From Penicillus capitatus (taxonomy: Eukaryota; Plantae; Chlorophyta), in the NCBI GenBank assembly GCA_965649825.1, contig OZ287695.1:1725288-1789287 (forward strand): a stretch of 64,000 nucleotides of DNA, written 5' to 3'. Made by a program: the position numbers and the translations under genes. Numbering within the stretch: the stretch's first letter is position 1; each line of letters starts with the position of its first letter. Of this stretch, positions 1 to 11,861 are shown one piece after another. The notes under the pieces were generated by a model. The model searched no databases. It saw nothing but the letters and a program-made list of their open reading frames with translations, and was not told where the DNA came from.

Positions 1-475
1 TATCTCCACGTGTGATGCGAGATATCTGCTGCAGGAGATGCAGACCGTCACACTAGACCCGCTCTATGAGTTAGACAATGTGCGTTACATGGTGGGCGAT
101 CCATGTGCGCTAACAGAAGATTTGTTGGCCATGGATTGCGTGTTAGCAGCACTGTCGATGGATGCAATGTCAGATCCGAAGAAATTTCTTCGATCTCTCC
201 CACGGCTTGTCAAAAGAAACGGAACAGTGGTTATCGTCACACTGTACAACTGGAATCGTGATGCAAAGGAGATCAGCAGCAACAAAGAGAAGGAAGGAAA
301 GCATGTCCGATGCGAAGAGCTCCTGAAGAGTATGATGAAAGATATGGAATTTTCGCTCATTCACGAAGAGAACATCCCAATTCTCAAAAGAGAGAACGAA
401 CGCATGTATCGATGGCATGTCCCGCACGCCACAGTTTGGAGATTTCAGACGGAGAAATCTGGCAGTCCTGCTTGA
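1..475 (+). CDS. 3' part of a SAM-dependent methyltransferase resembling the C-terminal methyltransferase domain of OvoA (ovothiol biosynthesis); 5' part lies outside the window
   Basis: ORF 38-475 follows an acceptor-like ctgctgcag. VRYMVGDPCAL..DCVLAALSMDAMSDPKKFLRSLPRLVKRNGTVVIVTLYNW and EENIPILKRENERMYRWHVPHATVWR follow the OvoA C-terminal pattern (GDACNL..D.I.A.NL.D...P..FL..I...L..GG.LVI.SPY.W / .VPF.IRE..R.FQ.....TVW) as recalled; no search was run. Confidence 0.6.
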   Translation, partial: ISTCDARYLLQEMQTVTLDPLYELDNVRYMVGDPCALTEDLLAMDCVLAALSMDAMSDPKKFLRSLPRLVKRNGTVVIVTLYNWNRDAKEISSNKEKEGKHVRCEELLKSMMKDMEFSLIHEENIPILKRENERMYRWHVPHATVWRFQTEKSGSPA

Positions 476-639
476 CGTTTCTTCCCCTTGCCTATGCGCT
501 CCATCCCGAATGTAGATGGAAAAAGAGTGACTTGTGTGGTTCCGGTCTTTGTGTAGAGATATGTCCTTGCAGCAGAAGAGAGAATGGCATTTAACCCTTT
601 AGCGAAATCCAAGTCCGATTCAGATAACATCATCAGTTT

Positions 640-2753
640 TTATGCGTTTGTCTTCTCAGATGTCTGCCCGTTCGTTTCCTTCGTCTTGGTGGACGATGTC
701 AATGTCTCCTCGGGCTTCATGGCCGGAAAGAGCATCACCTGCACCAGTTATAAATCATCTGTATGTGAGAGTGTGTTGTAAGTGAATGGCGATTGACCTC
801 TTTGATGTTTTCCATGTTTGCCAGCAGCATAGTCATTCGCTCGATTCCTAATCCCCATCCGCCTGTCGGAGGCAAACCGTATTCCAGTGCCACACAGAAG
901 TTCTCGTCGATGAACATGGCTTCGTCGTCTCCAGCTGCTTTGGCCTGCGAGGAACGCTGCTGACAGCGGATGCGATACAGAGCTGTTCGTACTTTTGCCT
1001 GATCAGCAAATCTTTCCCGTTGAATGAGGGGATCGTTTAACTCTGTATAGGCATTGCAGACTTCTCGCTTGTTAACAAACAGCTCAAACCTCTCCGTCAT
1101 GCCGTCCAGTTCACGATGCCTAACCCGTAAACCACGTCATGAGGTCTGACTTGGACACCAGGGATGTCACCATTTGGCCAATGGAGACATGACTTTGGGA
1201 TGATCGCAGATGAAAGTTGGATTCATACACTTCTCTTCAAGAAATTCCCCCACGAGTTTATCCAGCAAGCGGGCTGATGTGAGTGGAGGAGAGCACACGA
1301 TTCCATGCTTCTTTACCAGCTCTTCGAGCAACACTCTCGACGATTCAGCTTCGAGATCAATCGGAATCTCCACATCCAACGCCTTATTCAATTCCTTAAT
1401 CATCGACAGACGTGGCCAAGGCGGCGTAAAGTCAATCTCTTGTGCATCTCCCTTGCTATCCGAATCAGAGGGGCAGGAGATCTTGTAGGATCCTAAGTGG
1501 CAGAACGCATAGAGCGAACGCCGTGTGGCTCTAACCTACCTGTCAATTCCAACACCATCTTGGACACCATGTCCTCCGTCATGTCCATGAGATCGTTGTA
1601 GTCTGCATACGCCTGTGGAGGCTTCTGTTGTAGAGAGGATGAAATCGAAGGATGAAAAGACTTGATAGAATTCGCAGGTTGTGAATTCTGGATTGTGTGT
1701 CAGATCGATGCCTTCGTTGCGAAACTGCTTGCCGATCTCGTAGACGCGTTCCAATCCACCAACGACCAGCATCTTCAAGTATAACTCCGGCGCCACACGT
1801 AGGTAGAGTTGCATATCCAGATCGTTATGATAAGTGACAAAGGGTTTGGCTGTGGCACCCCCTAGAAGCCACCAATCACACTCAAACAGGCTCTTGACCA
1901 ATCGCTTGATCGACCAACCGGGAATCATGTTCATCATCGGCGTCTCAACTTCGAGGAAGCCTCTGTTGTCTAGGTACCTTCGGATGAAGGTGATCACCTT
2001 GGCTCTCATCACGAAGATATCCCGTACGTGACTGTTGCACATCAGATCGAGATATCGCTGTCGAAAGCGCGTTTCCTAGATGTCATCCATCCACTGATTG
2101 GGTGAGCGATCCACCATTGCGGTATGCTTCACTTTTTCCGTCAGTCCATAGCGGACAGAGGGTGGCATGTGTAGACAAGGAGAGAGGACGACGAATTTCT
2201 TGGCAAACATGCTGAATTCGCCCGTGTTCGAGTATCCAGGATAGCCTTCAACTCCAACAATATCTCCTCGACGCACTGTGCCGTGCAGTTCAGCAAATGC
2301 CTCGTCCGATCCTTCGAACTGGCGTGCATTGGCAATTACTTGCAATCTCTGCGATTCCGAATGCACGTCATAGAATCTTAATTTCTGTCCCGAAGTGCGA
2401 ATGCTAAAAACGCGTCCTGTTCCAACAAGAACACTTCCATCTATCATCCGCTGTGTGTATTGACCTGCAATGGTGCAGATTTCATCTTCTTTGGCAGTGC
2501 CTTCCGGAATCTCTTTGGAGAATTGAAGAAATGCGTTCATTGTCTTGGACACGTGAAACTTGTGGGGATACGGATTCTCGCCATTGGCTCTTTTGTTCTC
2601 CACGAATTTGACCCTGTTGTTGTAATACTGTGTGGGATCGAGCTCCTCTTCTGCAGCTGCTGACAGGACAGTTGTCTGCGATTGGGCCGCCGCCTTCTTG
2701 GCCGCCTGTATGACACCGTTGACTGCAGATCCATGGTATCTACTCTCATTCAT
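640..2753 (-). CDS. KRS1: Cytosolic class II lysyl-tRNA synthetase, multi-exon
   Basis: YPHKFHV, OB-fold [82 protein letters not shown], motif 3 [15 protein letters not shown], last exon VMLFPAMKP; stop TAA at 640-642. Introns include 945-992, 1613-1661, 1862-1918, 2417-2464. Confidence 0.97.
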
Positions 2754-3229
2754 TACCTCCTTCTCACTCTTTTCAGCAGCGAGACGTGCAGCTTTTTGAC
2801 GTTTCTTGAATTCGCTAATAGAATAGTTGTGTCAGGGGCGGTGGGATGGCGGAAGCGAAGGGCACCTTTTGCTCATTTCATTGCCATTCTCATCCAACAT
2901 TCCTTTCGTGTAGTTCTCGGGAAGAACCCATTCTCCTTGATGCGATGACGACATTCTCGACACCAGTGGACGACGCCAAGATGCAGGAAACGGAGAAGAC
3001 GGTGTCCATCAAACGCATCGTCGATGTTGAAGGCCGTCTGTCTCATCTCAAGACGTGACCGCAGACGCCTCTGACATCGAAATTCGAAAAGGTGCTGCTT
3101 TTCGAGAAGTGCTCGAGCAACGGGGACACCAACAAGAGTGATATCGACAGAACGTTGGTTCTATACGTTCTTGACCCTGTGGCCTGTTAGGAGACGTGAT
3201 CTGCATGACGAGTTGGAGACAGCTGTACT

Positions 3230-3700
3230 ATGTCACTTGACGATGTCTCTGCCACTGAGACACTGCACGAAAAAATGCACATCGCTCGTCAAAAGGCATC
3301 GGGCTCTGTATTGCGTGCCACCTGAACAAAGTGTGATCGATGTGTGCTAGATTCAAAACTATGAAAGAAGACGGCGATTGATTTTCGATGTCTTGTTGCA
3401 TCTCAAGCATCCCGATGCAGAACGGTTTATCTGGGTGGTCATGCCGTCCGGCTATCGGCTGCGCGTCCCCGAGCCTATGGCCGAAGACATCCTCCATCAA
3501 GGTCCCAATCCTGCAGTTGGTCTCTAGGGGTGGTGACCACACACGTGCTATCAGATCTTGAGAATGTATCCCAAGGACTGGCCGAGCAACGCGGTATCGT
3601 ACAGTCGCTGTCAGAGCAGCTTGCACTGTTCGGCACGACGTGCGAAGACATTTTTACTCAAATGCATCAACAGGCGCAACAAAGGGAATCCAAAACGTGA
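3230..3700 (+). CDS. Small prefoldin-like protein, PDRG1-like (~120 aa, 3 exons; not visible as one ORF in the track)
   Basis: Spliced by eye: MSLDDVSATETLHEKMHIARQK / IQNYERRRRLIFDVLLHLKHPDAERFIWVVMPSGYRLRVPEPMAEDILHQ / DLENVSQGLAEQRGIVQSLSEQLALFGTTCEDIFTQMHQQAQQRESKT*. Helix, WV-containing beta-hairpin, helix is the prefoldin layout; intron 1 ends tgtgtgctag at 3350. Confidence 0.5.
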
Positions 3701-3736
3701 CGCGTACTTTCTCAAAATGAAAACATGTTCATTGGG

Positions 3737-4837
3737 CTATGCCTTGTTTCGGGGAAAGGACTGCGCTTTCTCCCATTGTGGGATTTTCAATAGCTTCGAT
3801 GAACCGCCGTCCAGAATCCACGTCAGATCTGAACTCTGTGGACGCACCATCTGTGCCGGAAGAGCACCTGGCAGACACTGAACCTCCAGAACCCGTTGAA
3901 CAATTTCCGCCTTCCCATCACCCAATGCCACAATCGCCACCTGTTTGGCGGCATTGATGACAGGCATGGAGAACGTGATGCGTTGGGGCGGCGGTTTTGG
4001 TGAATCTTCCACAGACAGCACCCATCCCTCTTTTGCCGCTGTCTGCTCTCTGTTTGGAAACAGAGAAGCGACGTGACCGTCCGGTCCAATCCCCAGCAGA
4101 ATCAAATCGAATATCGGAAATCCGTAAGTATCTTTCGGCAGAATGCCCCGAGACACCTTCTCTATCAAAATGCCTTCGTAATGTGTTGCCGCTTCTTTTG
4201 CCCTCGCATTCTCGACAATGGGGTGCACATTTGCTGCTGGGATGTCGACATTGGACAGGAAAGCATCTTTGGCTGCCTTGTAGTTGCTGTCCGGATCATC
4301 GTGAGAGACGACACGCTCATCGACCCAGAACACATGCCACTTGTCCCATTCCGCCGGTCGCTGGGATAAGCTTCCGAGCAGCTTCACCAGTGATCCACCT
4401 GACAATACCAAACTGAACGTTCCTTTCTCCTGGATCGCCTTCTCCGCCGCCATAAGTGTCATGTCGGCCAGTCCTTCAGCCGCTGCCGCTTCGCCCGGAT
4501 ACTGTGCCAGTGAACACGTTGAAGTTCCATCGGGATACTCAAACATATGCGTAGTGGCGGCTAAGACGCCTTTGGATGTCGATATTGGAGCGACGGATCC
4601 AGACGCCATCAGATGTGCTCCCTGAACTGCCGGGATACCGTTTGACCACTTCGACCCTTCGATGACGTGTATAAAGGGCGCAGCGCTTTCGTCTTCGGAT
4701 TTGACCTCTTTGGGCACCGTCGTACGCGTAATACGTGAGATGGAAGGCGTCGAGGTCGATGCGGCAGCACGACGAACGCTACGCGAAAGCGCAATGCGAT
4801 GTGTCCGCGTGACAAAACGCGCATTTAGAGGCAACAT
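3737..4837 (-). CDS. PGL: 6-phosphogluconolactonase, probably plastid-targeted
   Basis: Single ORF of 366 aa: FSLVLSGGSL, WHVFWVDERVV, DSNY, FDLILLGIGPDGHVASLFP, SPKPPPQRITFSMPVIN; R/S/T/A-rich N-terminus resembles a transit peptide. Confidence 0.93.
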   Translation of the reverse strand: MLPLNARFVTRTHRIALSRSVRRAAASTSTPSISRITRTTVPKEVKSEDESAAPFIHVIEGSKWSNGIPAVQGAHLMASGSVAPISTSKGVLAATTHMFEYPDGTSTCSLAQYPGEAAAAEGLADMTLMAAEKAIQEKGTFSLVLSGGSLVKLLGSLSQRPAEWDKWHVFWVDERVVSHDDPDSNYKAAKDAFLSNVDIPAANVHPIVENARAKEAATHYEGILIEKVSRGILPKDTYGFPIFDLILLGIGPDGHVASLFPNREQTAAKEGWVLSVEDSPKPPPQRITFSMPVINAAKQVAIVALGDGKAEIVQRVLEVQCLPGALPAQMVRPQSSDLTWILDGGSSKLLKIPQWEKAQSFPRNKA

Positions 4838-4870
4838 CTCTGCTGTCGAGTCTGTGACGAGATTCTCAAA
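4838..4870. promoter_or_regulatory. Head-to-head junction of PGL and SRP72, 33 bp between start codons (putative bidirectional promoter or overlapping 5' UTRs)
   Basis: ATG of PGL at 4837 (-) and ATG of SRP72 at 4871 (+). Confidence 0.5.
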
Positions 4871-7309
4871 ATGGCGGATGTCGTCGATCCAAATGCCCCG
4901 GCATTCGCGGAACTCGATGAGTTGCTCGGAAAAGGGCAGTATCGAGCCGCCGGTCGCAAAGCCGATGACAGTAGGCTTGATGCCTCACACTTGAAGGAGG
5001 GAGAGGTGTGACCACCCGTGTGCCCGCAGTCTTGAAGAATGCTCGAGGCGATGTCGATGCCCTGCGCTGTAAGGCTTATGCGCTCATGTGTCGGTCGAAA
5101 TTCAGCGACGTGCTGTCCGTTGCGAGTGGAATGGCGGATGAGGAGCTGAAATTCTATGGCGCCTATGCGCATTACAAACTGAATAATTTCTCGGAGGCTC
5201 TCAAACAGATCACATCGCTGCGCGTGAAGGCGAAGACCGATGCAACGATGGAATTGAAAGGGCAGATCCTCTATAAGCAGGGGAACTTTAATCAGGCCAA
5301 GTTGACATTTGAGCAGTGCATTACACAGTACAATGTATGAAGAGACGTGTCTAACGACTCAATGTGTGAGAACGATGGTGCGTTAGGTGCGGAGTGTGAA
5401 TGTCAAGACAAATCTGTTGGCAGCTTTAGTCGCTTCAGGAACCTCAGAACAAGTGGAGGAGCTGATGCAGAAGTACGGTATTGGCAAAGAGGATGGGTTT
5501 GAGATTACGTTTAACGTGGCTTGTAATCACATTGCTATGGGAAACTATGAGACCGCAATGGAATTGCTGGAGGTGGCACTGAGAGCTGGTAAGACCTTTC
5601 GTCAGATCTCGATTCCCATAAGAAATCCATGACACCGCCACAGGCCAAGAATCGTTAATGGAAGAGGAGTTGACTCCCGCAGAGGTTGAGGTGGAATTGC
5701 TTCCTGTTGCCGTTCAGCTAAACTATGTTCGGGGTCTAAGGGGATCAGCTACAGATTATGTGCACGAGTTGGTCGAGTCTGGAAACAAGACAGGCATTGG
5801 CATGTCGATCAAATATGTGATTGAGAATAACGTGCTCGCTGCCAACAGCTTGCTTTTCTCAGACCATCCGCCGAAGCGTTTCCTTTACGAATCTGCCAAG
5901 AAATTAGAGAAGATGCTCTCGGGAGTACGTTCTCTGATCTGTCGCCAATGGTCTGACAGAACGGTGTTCGATGCAGTCCTCCGTCCCTTTGCTTTCTCCT
6001 GCTCAACGTGTGTTGGTCGCATGCAATCAAGCACTGCTGCTCATTGCACTGAACCACATGGACGATGCGAGACCGATCGTGGAGCAGCTTCTAGATGATC
6101 ATCCAGCCCATGAGACAGTCAAGATGACACAGGCAGTCCTGCTCGCCAAACAAAACAAAGTATACGTCTGCAATGCCAGGAATAGCAAGCATGAATTCGA
6201 GCGAGGATGTGGCTCTCTAGTTACGTGAGGCGGCAGATCTTTTGCATCATATCATTGCAGAACATGATACGCTCGTCCTGACTCCCATGCTCTTCCGAGC
6301 ACAACTGCTATGCACCGGCGGATCTTCCAAAGAGGCGCTAAAGCTTCTGATCAGTATTCAGGATGAGAAGGTCAAGTTCGTGGGATCCATGGTGGCAACG
6401 AAGATCGCTCTGATGGAACAGGTGCAGAAGTGATGTGAGATTTCACGTCACATCATCTGCTGCTCTACAGGTATCAGACTACGATGGGTGCCGTCAACTA
6501 CTGGACGCCTCGCTGACTTGGTGGCGAGGCCAAGCAGCACACCGCGATGCTGCAGCTGACGTCGCCATTGCTTGGTGCCTCCAAAAATACGCGGATATTC
6601 TCCTCAAGTCCATCCAAACCAAATGCATGCAATCGACATTGAAGTGTGTGATTTCAGACAGGGGGATCTTGCACAGGCTGTCGACTACTGCAAACAGGCC
6701 TTGGAGATTGAGCAGGACGAACTTAGACGCCATCAAGTGCACATCCAGTTTCCGTTTCTTCCGATCTAATGACAGTTTTGGATTTTGATGCACAGCTCAT
6801 ATCTAAGTTTGCCAAAATCGTGGCGTCCAGTACTGTGCACGAAGAAATGGATTTTGCCTCTCTTCTGCCAGAAGGGCCATCGTTAGAAGACGAAGATGTC
6901 GACGATCTCGAAGGCAATATCAAGGGCATCAAGAGAGGCGAAGTTTCTGCCAAGAAACGCCAACAGACTGCAGAGAACGGCCAGGTGATTATCAGCGATC
7001 TCGTTTATCGGCACATGCGTTTGTGATCGATAGCAGGTCACGAAGCGAAAACGCAAACCGCGTTATCCCAAAGGATTTGATCCAGCGAATCCCGGACCTG
7101 CTCCCGATCCCGAACGCTGGTTGCCGAAATGGCAGAGAAGAGGGCACAAGAAAAAGCAATCGGCCAGACGGGATGCCGTCAAAGGATCCCAGGGTGCTGG
7201 CAAAGTGGATGAATCACTCGATTTTGCATCGCATAAGAGTGAAGGCAGCAGTGTAAAGCCGCCTCCTTCTGGCAGATCGGGGCCCAGAAGGAAAGGTCAT
7301 CGTCGATAA
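4871..7309 (+). CDS. SRP72: Signal recognition particle subunit SRP72, multi-exon
   Basis: N-terminal TPR region (DVDALRCK, FYGAYAHYKLN, ELKGQILYKQGNF, NLLAAL, FEITFNVAC); C-terminal SRP72 signature PKGFDPANPGPAPDPERWLPKWQR..KGSQGAG. First exon starts at ATG 4871 (MADVVDPNAPAF). Confidence 0.93.
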
Positions 7310-7464
7310 ACACACTTTGATAAAATGCATCCCATCCCATTCTCAAATTTCGTCGTCTGTTGGACGGACGCGTCTTCTTCCGTGCTGTCACATCACCGCA
7401 TCACCCCTTCCGCACCGCGCGCGCCCTTAGATTCAACGCGACTCCAGGCTCTTCCACACCAACC

Positions 7465-8488
7465 ATGGCAGAACGTTTCCGTACCTTGGTCACTGAACTG
7501 ACAACTGAGTTTTCGGCCAAGAAGATGATTCTCGAGGAGCAAGAGAAACGTCTCAACGAAGAGCGCGAGCGTCTCAACAAAGAGAAAGCGGTGATGACGA
7601 AGATTCAGTGCTCGAACGATGACATCGTGCATCTCAATGTCGGCGGGACGATCTTCGCGACAAAACGCGGTTCTTTGCGTCTCGTAAGTGTAACCTATTT
7701 GGCAACGGGCGTCATGAACACATGATGGTTGCCAGATTGCAGGCAGTGTGTTGGAGCTTATGTTTAGTGGTCGCTGGGAAGATCGCGTTGACCGTGATAA
7801 AGACGGACACGTGTTCTTAGACCTCGACCCCACTCTCTTCTCCATTATTTTGCGCTACCTTGTGGCAATGCACAATTATGGAATGGATGCCGAGCACTTG
7901 GAGCTCAGGCCTGTCCCAAATCACTTGGAAGATGAGTTCAGATTAATGTTGGCGCACCTTGGGTTGGAAGAGATCATACAGCCCAAAATCAATTTTAAGT
8001 GGAGTGAATTGCTCAAGACGCCCAATGTCACATTGAAGAAAGGAAACACCATTGCCGTCTCGGACGGAACTGGCACCCTGCGTCATCACATTCTGTCGGA
8101 TGACGTATTCTACGGCGGTATCTACAAGTTCCGAGTGTTCATTGAGTTTTTGGAAGAGTGGGCTCTATTGGGTATCATTGGAGAAGACGTCCGTCTCGGT
8201 CCTTCGGACGATGCCTGCAAAGATCCCACGATATATGGATGGGGATCGAATGGCGAAGTCTTTGTGGGTGGCGTCGAATCGTCATGGAAGGGATATCCTG
8301 GACGTAAATTTCAGACAGGAGATGTCTTGACCATCGTGCTGGATGGTCGTTACTCCACGCTCACATTGCTGGCGCCAACCGTCGATGGAACCATGCTGGA
8401 ATACAAGATCCCAAAACTGATCGGCAATCGATGGCGTTTCGTGCTGTCGACGTATTACGGCTCGAGTGCTGTGGAAATTACGGTCTAG
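7465..8488 (+). CDS. Coiled-coil + BTB/POZ (KCTD/T1-type) + SPRY/B30.2-like beta-sandwich protein, 2 exons
   Basis: DIVHLNVGGTIFATKRGSL / SVLELMFSGRWEDRVDRDKDGHVFLDLDPTLFSIILRYL is the KCTD BTB motif. The C-terminal YKFRVFIE..WALLGII..YGW..GDVLTIVLD segment is SPRY-like. Confidence 0.8.
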
Positions 8489-9154
8489 ATCCGTTTGCCA
8501 TTTTATGTGTTTCCCTTCTTTCTCTTTTATTCTGTCTTCGTTTTAACGATGAGGATGGTCGTTTAGCATCTGTATAAACTGATCACACTTCCTCCTACCT
8601 GTGTCTCTGGAAACACATTTCCAGAAGAGGAATGCGTGTCAGTCAGTGGAGTCATGAGTATGTATGTATTACCTATCAATCGCAAGTTGAACCATATTAA
8701 GACAGGGTCTGCCTATGTTGTATGTATGAACGGTCATCATCGTTTAGATCGTCTTTGCCATTATTCGGATAAAGATTCAGTTTCGCGAAACGGAGTTACA
8801 CTTACAGGACCTCAAAGCAAGACATTTGAAATAGAGTCAGGAGCGATGCTTGGTAAAAGCACCACTGTATTCAATAGGAAGGAAACGTATGTCGATGACA
8901 GAGTACAGCGATCACTTCAACAACAACGAGAAAAAAACATCCAATGCGCGTACGGAGCTGGATGAATCGTCGGTCGGACAGATAAATAGACAGACAGACA
9001 TAGACCTAAATACCGTCTGACAGATGTTGGATAACGCCCACCCTTCCCAGAATGCCACAGAGAGACCGCAAGCGTACGCCGCCGATCCCTGTCGCCATGT
9101 TGATCAGAGACAGAGAAGGATGTGTGAGCGACGGACCAGAATGTCGTTCGTTGT

Positions 9155-9834
9155 TCACGGATGCGTGGCCTCAGTTGCACGTTCCTCGCTGTTGCCGTTT
9201 GCTTCGCTCTCTTCCAGTTGCGTTCTCAGTTGAACGATTTCTCGATTCAGGATGGCGTTTTCGGATATCGTCTGCTGCCATTTTTCGGTGATCTCCTGCA
9301 GTTGTCTCAGCAATTCTGTCTTCTCGGCTGCGATGCATTCGTTCTGGCGATGCAGTTGGTCGTTGTCGTGGCGAATCCGTACATACTCCGAGCGCAGTTC
9401 TTCCAGTTCCTTCGCTCGACGTTCGCGTATGCGTCGCTGAGAGTTTCGATTGATCTGTCGTCGACGCTTCAATCGCTCCTCTTCTGTCAGACTCTCACTG
9501 ACAGAGGATGAAGATGCTCGACGTCGTTCGCCCACACGGACTGGCGTCGTTTCTGTCGTGACGCCAAGTAATGATTCTGTCATGAGTAGAGGCCGGGGCA
9601 CAACAGATTCTGAATCGACAGGACGGCTGAGGCCCAGAGCCACCATTGGTTCAACAGCACTTTGGGTTATTCCTTCTGAACCCATCACTTGCTAAATATA
9701 GACATCACAAGGCGCATCAAACATCAAGGGACGAAGCGCATTACGTTCAGCAGTGGCACATAGGCGCCATTCGCGTCGGCACGGAGTTCGGAGTACTCGT
9801 GAGCACCGTGCTCGGCCACTTCGCGTTTTTCCAT
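9155..9834 (-). CDS. bZIP transcription factor, 2 exons
   Basis: Basic region EERLKRRRQINRNSQRRIRERRAKELEEL followed by heptad repeats. Upstream exon MEKREVAEH..VPLLN joins in frame through a gtaatg...tttag intron. Confidence 0.8.
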
Positions 9835-10064
9835 GAACACAGGGAGACAGCGTCGAGACAGGAGTCGCCTACATGACCCGAGGAGCAAATCTCGCGAAAC
9901 AGAGGAACGTCGCTTGTCGCTTACTCGCGTCACTATCCGGTCAGCCGGTCAGTTTCGCCAGACAGTCAAACGGCTCAACGTGCGGAATGGAACGAACAGA
10001 CCATTCATTAGACGCATCACGTTTGGCCTCGTCGTCACCTCGCGTGTAGAGGCGTTTCGTTTCG

Positions 10065-11861
10065 ATGACGTCCGCCTGTTTTCGTTTGCTAGATACGCTC
10101 GACATCGTCGGCCAAACTTACTTCCGACTGAAACACACAGACCTCTGGGCGAGCGTGAAAGTGTGTGAAGTACTCATCGAGGCACATCGCATGTACAGGA
10201 AATGGAGGTCGATTCCTGGCTTTGTAGCCATGCTTCAGTCTCCCGACGCGTCGAAGCGTAGTCGAGGGGTCCAGGAACTGGAGTTCCTCTGTTACAAAAA
10301 CACAAACACAAAGGCCTACAGTATTCGGGCGCTTGAGCTGGGTGCGCTACCGGGGATCCTTTCGTGTTTGGCGCATGCCTCGCCGACGGCCGTCTGCGCG
10401 TCGCTGTGCATTCTGAGTGACGTCTTTGCACACCCTCTCTGCAAATGTGCCTTCACGCCGCGGGTGTTGAAGGGAATTTTTGCTCTGCTCAGAATTGAGG
10501 ATCTCTACATGAGACTGCGTTCGGCTTTGCTTTTGGCTCAGTTGACGACAGAAGAAGAAACAAAACGAAAACTGAAGGCGTTGGCCTTATCAGAATCCGA
10601 TTTCATCTCCAAAACTGCGGATTTGATTTGCAAACCGCTTCCGGAACGATATCAAACGGCCATCGAAGCACCCGATCTGCAGATCAACGCCTCCACTCTG
10701 AAACATCTCCGAAACTGCGAGAGTCAAGTTCGCAAATCAGGAGTGGCACTGTTAAACTTGGTGTCCCACGACAAAGAGATAATGCAGAAACTCGATATGG
10801 CAAAAATCATACCCGTACTGGTACGATCCGTCCGTGGCGTGGATGCTGGACTGAGAATGGCATCGTTGCGATGTCTGAAATCTCTCGTGAAGGATTCGGT
10901 TCCTAGACTCGAGCTGATAGGCGACTCCATTGCCCAGCACTGGAACGACATCATGCCCAAGCTGCGTGATATGGAGACCCTGCAAGCCATCGAGGACCTG
11001 GGCATCTATCCCGAACTCCTCGATCGATTGATTCACGATGTCTATTTCCTTCATCGTTTGCCGAATCTACTGACGTGCAGGTTATGGTCCGTTCGAACGA
11101 TGGCTTTCCGTTCTCTCTACCCTTTTACGTTAATGGATCGACACAGATGGAAAGTTGTTCGATCTGGGTTACTGCACTTGATATTCAGAGGCTTGTTTGA
11201 CGGAACAAAGTCCATCTACATCTCTGCATTGATCTGTCTGTCACAGCTCTGTGCCTGCCGAGAAGTGTTCATGGCAGTTCAAGCAGAGATTGCACGCCAA
11301 CCTCCGTTCCCCTGCAAAATGGGAGAATACTTGGTGTACTTGGTGCTCTCTTTTCCTTCAGATGATATCGGCCAAGGGGCGTTGAAACTTTTGGGAGAGG
11401 CCATCCCCAAAATACAATCTCTGCCGCGTCGAATTTTTCCTAATTTGAGTATGATTCTCTCGTCTGGAGATGAAGCGCATCGAACTGGAACGGCAAAACT
11501 TGTGACGAAACTGGCGCAGGTCGAGAGATTCAGAGAACGTCTGCTGAAATCGTCGATCGTCACAGATCTGCTCCATCAGGCCAACGACAGCAAAGGATCA
11601 TGCAAAGCGGCCGTTTTGGAAGCTTTGGCACAGTTCTCTGTTACGAAGCAGGTGGCAGATTGTGTGACATCGACAGATGGCCTCACAGACAGTTTATGGG
11701 CTGCTCAAGAATCGGATGATCATGAATTGGCCGTCGCTGCACTGGAACTGTTGCGCATCTTGTCTGTCAGCTTAGGCGTGGTTCCAGGAGCAGACAATAG
11801 GGAACTTAAACTCTTACCGTGTTCTGACAACAATGACCACAGCAAAAACAACAATGAATGA
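10065..11861 (+). CDS. Armadillo/HEAT-repeat protein, intronless; true start may be ATG ~10191 or ~10230
   Basis: 598-aa ORF with ARM-like units (RALELGALPGILSCL, KIIPVLVRSVRGVDAGLRMASLRCL, KVVRSGLLHLIFRGL). Confidence 0.75.
   Translation: MTSACFRLLDTLDIVGQTYFRLKHTDLWASVKVCEVLIEAHRMYRKWRSIPGFVAMLQSPDASKRSRGVQELEFLCYKNTNTKAYSIRALELGALPGILSCLAHASPTAVCASLCILSDVFAHPLCKCAFTPRVLKGIFALLRIEDLYMRLRSALLLAQLTTEEETKRKLKALALSESDFISKTADLICKPLPERYQTAIEAPDLQINASTLKHLRNCESQVRKSGVALLNLVSHDKEIMQKLDMAKIIPVLVRSVRGVDAGLRMASLRCLKSLVKDSVPRLELIGDSIAQHWNDIMPKLRDMETLQAIEDLGIYPELLDRLIHDVYFLHRLPNLLTCRLWSVRTMAFRSLYPFTLMDRHRWKVVRSGLLHLIFRGLFDGTKSIYISALICLSQLCACREVFMAVQAEIARQPPFPCKMGEYLVYLVLSFPSDDIGQGALKLLGEAIPKIQSLPRRIFPNLSMILSSGDEAHRTGTAKLVTKLAQVERFRERLLKSSIVTDLLHQANDSKGSCKAAVLEALAQFSVTKQVADCVTSTDGLTDSLWAAQESDDHELAVAALELLRILSVSLGVVPGADNRELKLLPCSDNNDHSKNNNE

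Noticed and set aside
8500-9150. ORF 8636-8965 and a small hairpin tctggaaa-caca-tttccaga (8606-8625)
   Set aside because: The ORF has no recognisable homology, and an 8-bp stem is expected by chance; the region is probably UTR or intergenic.
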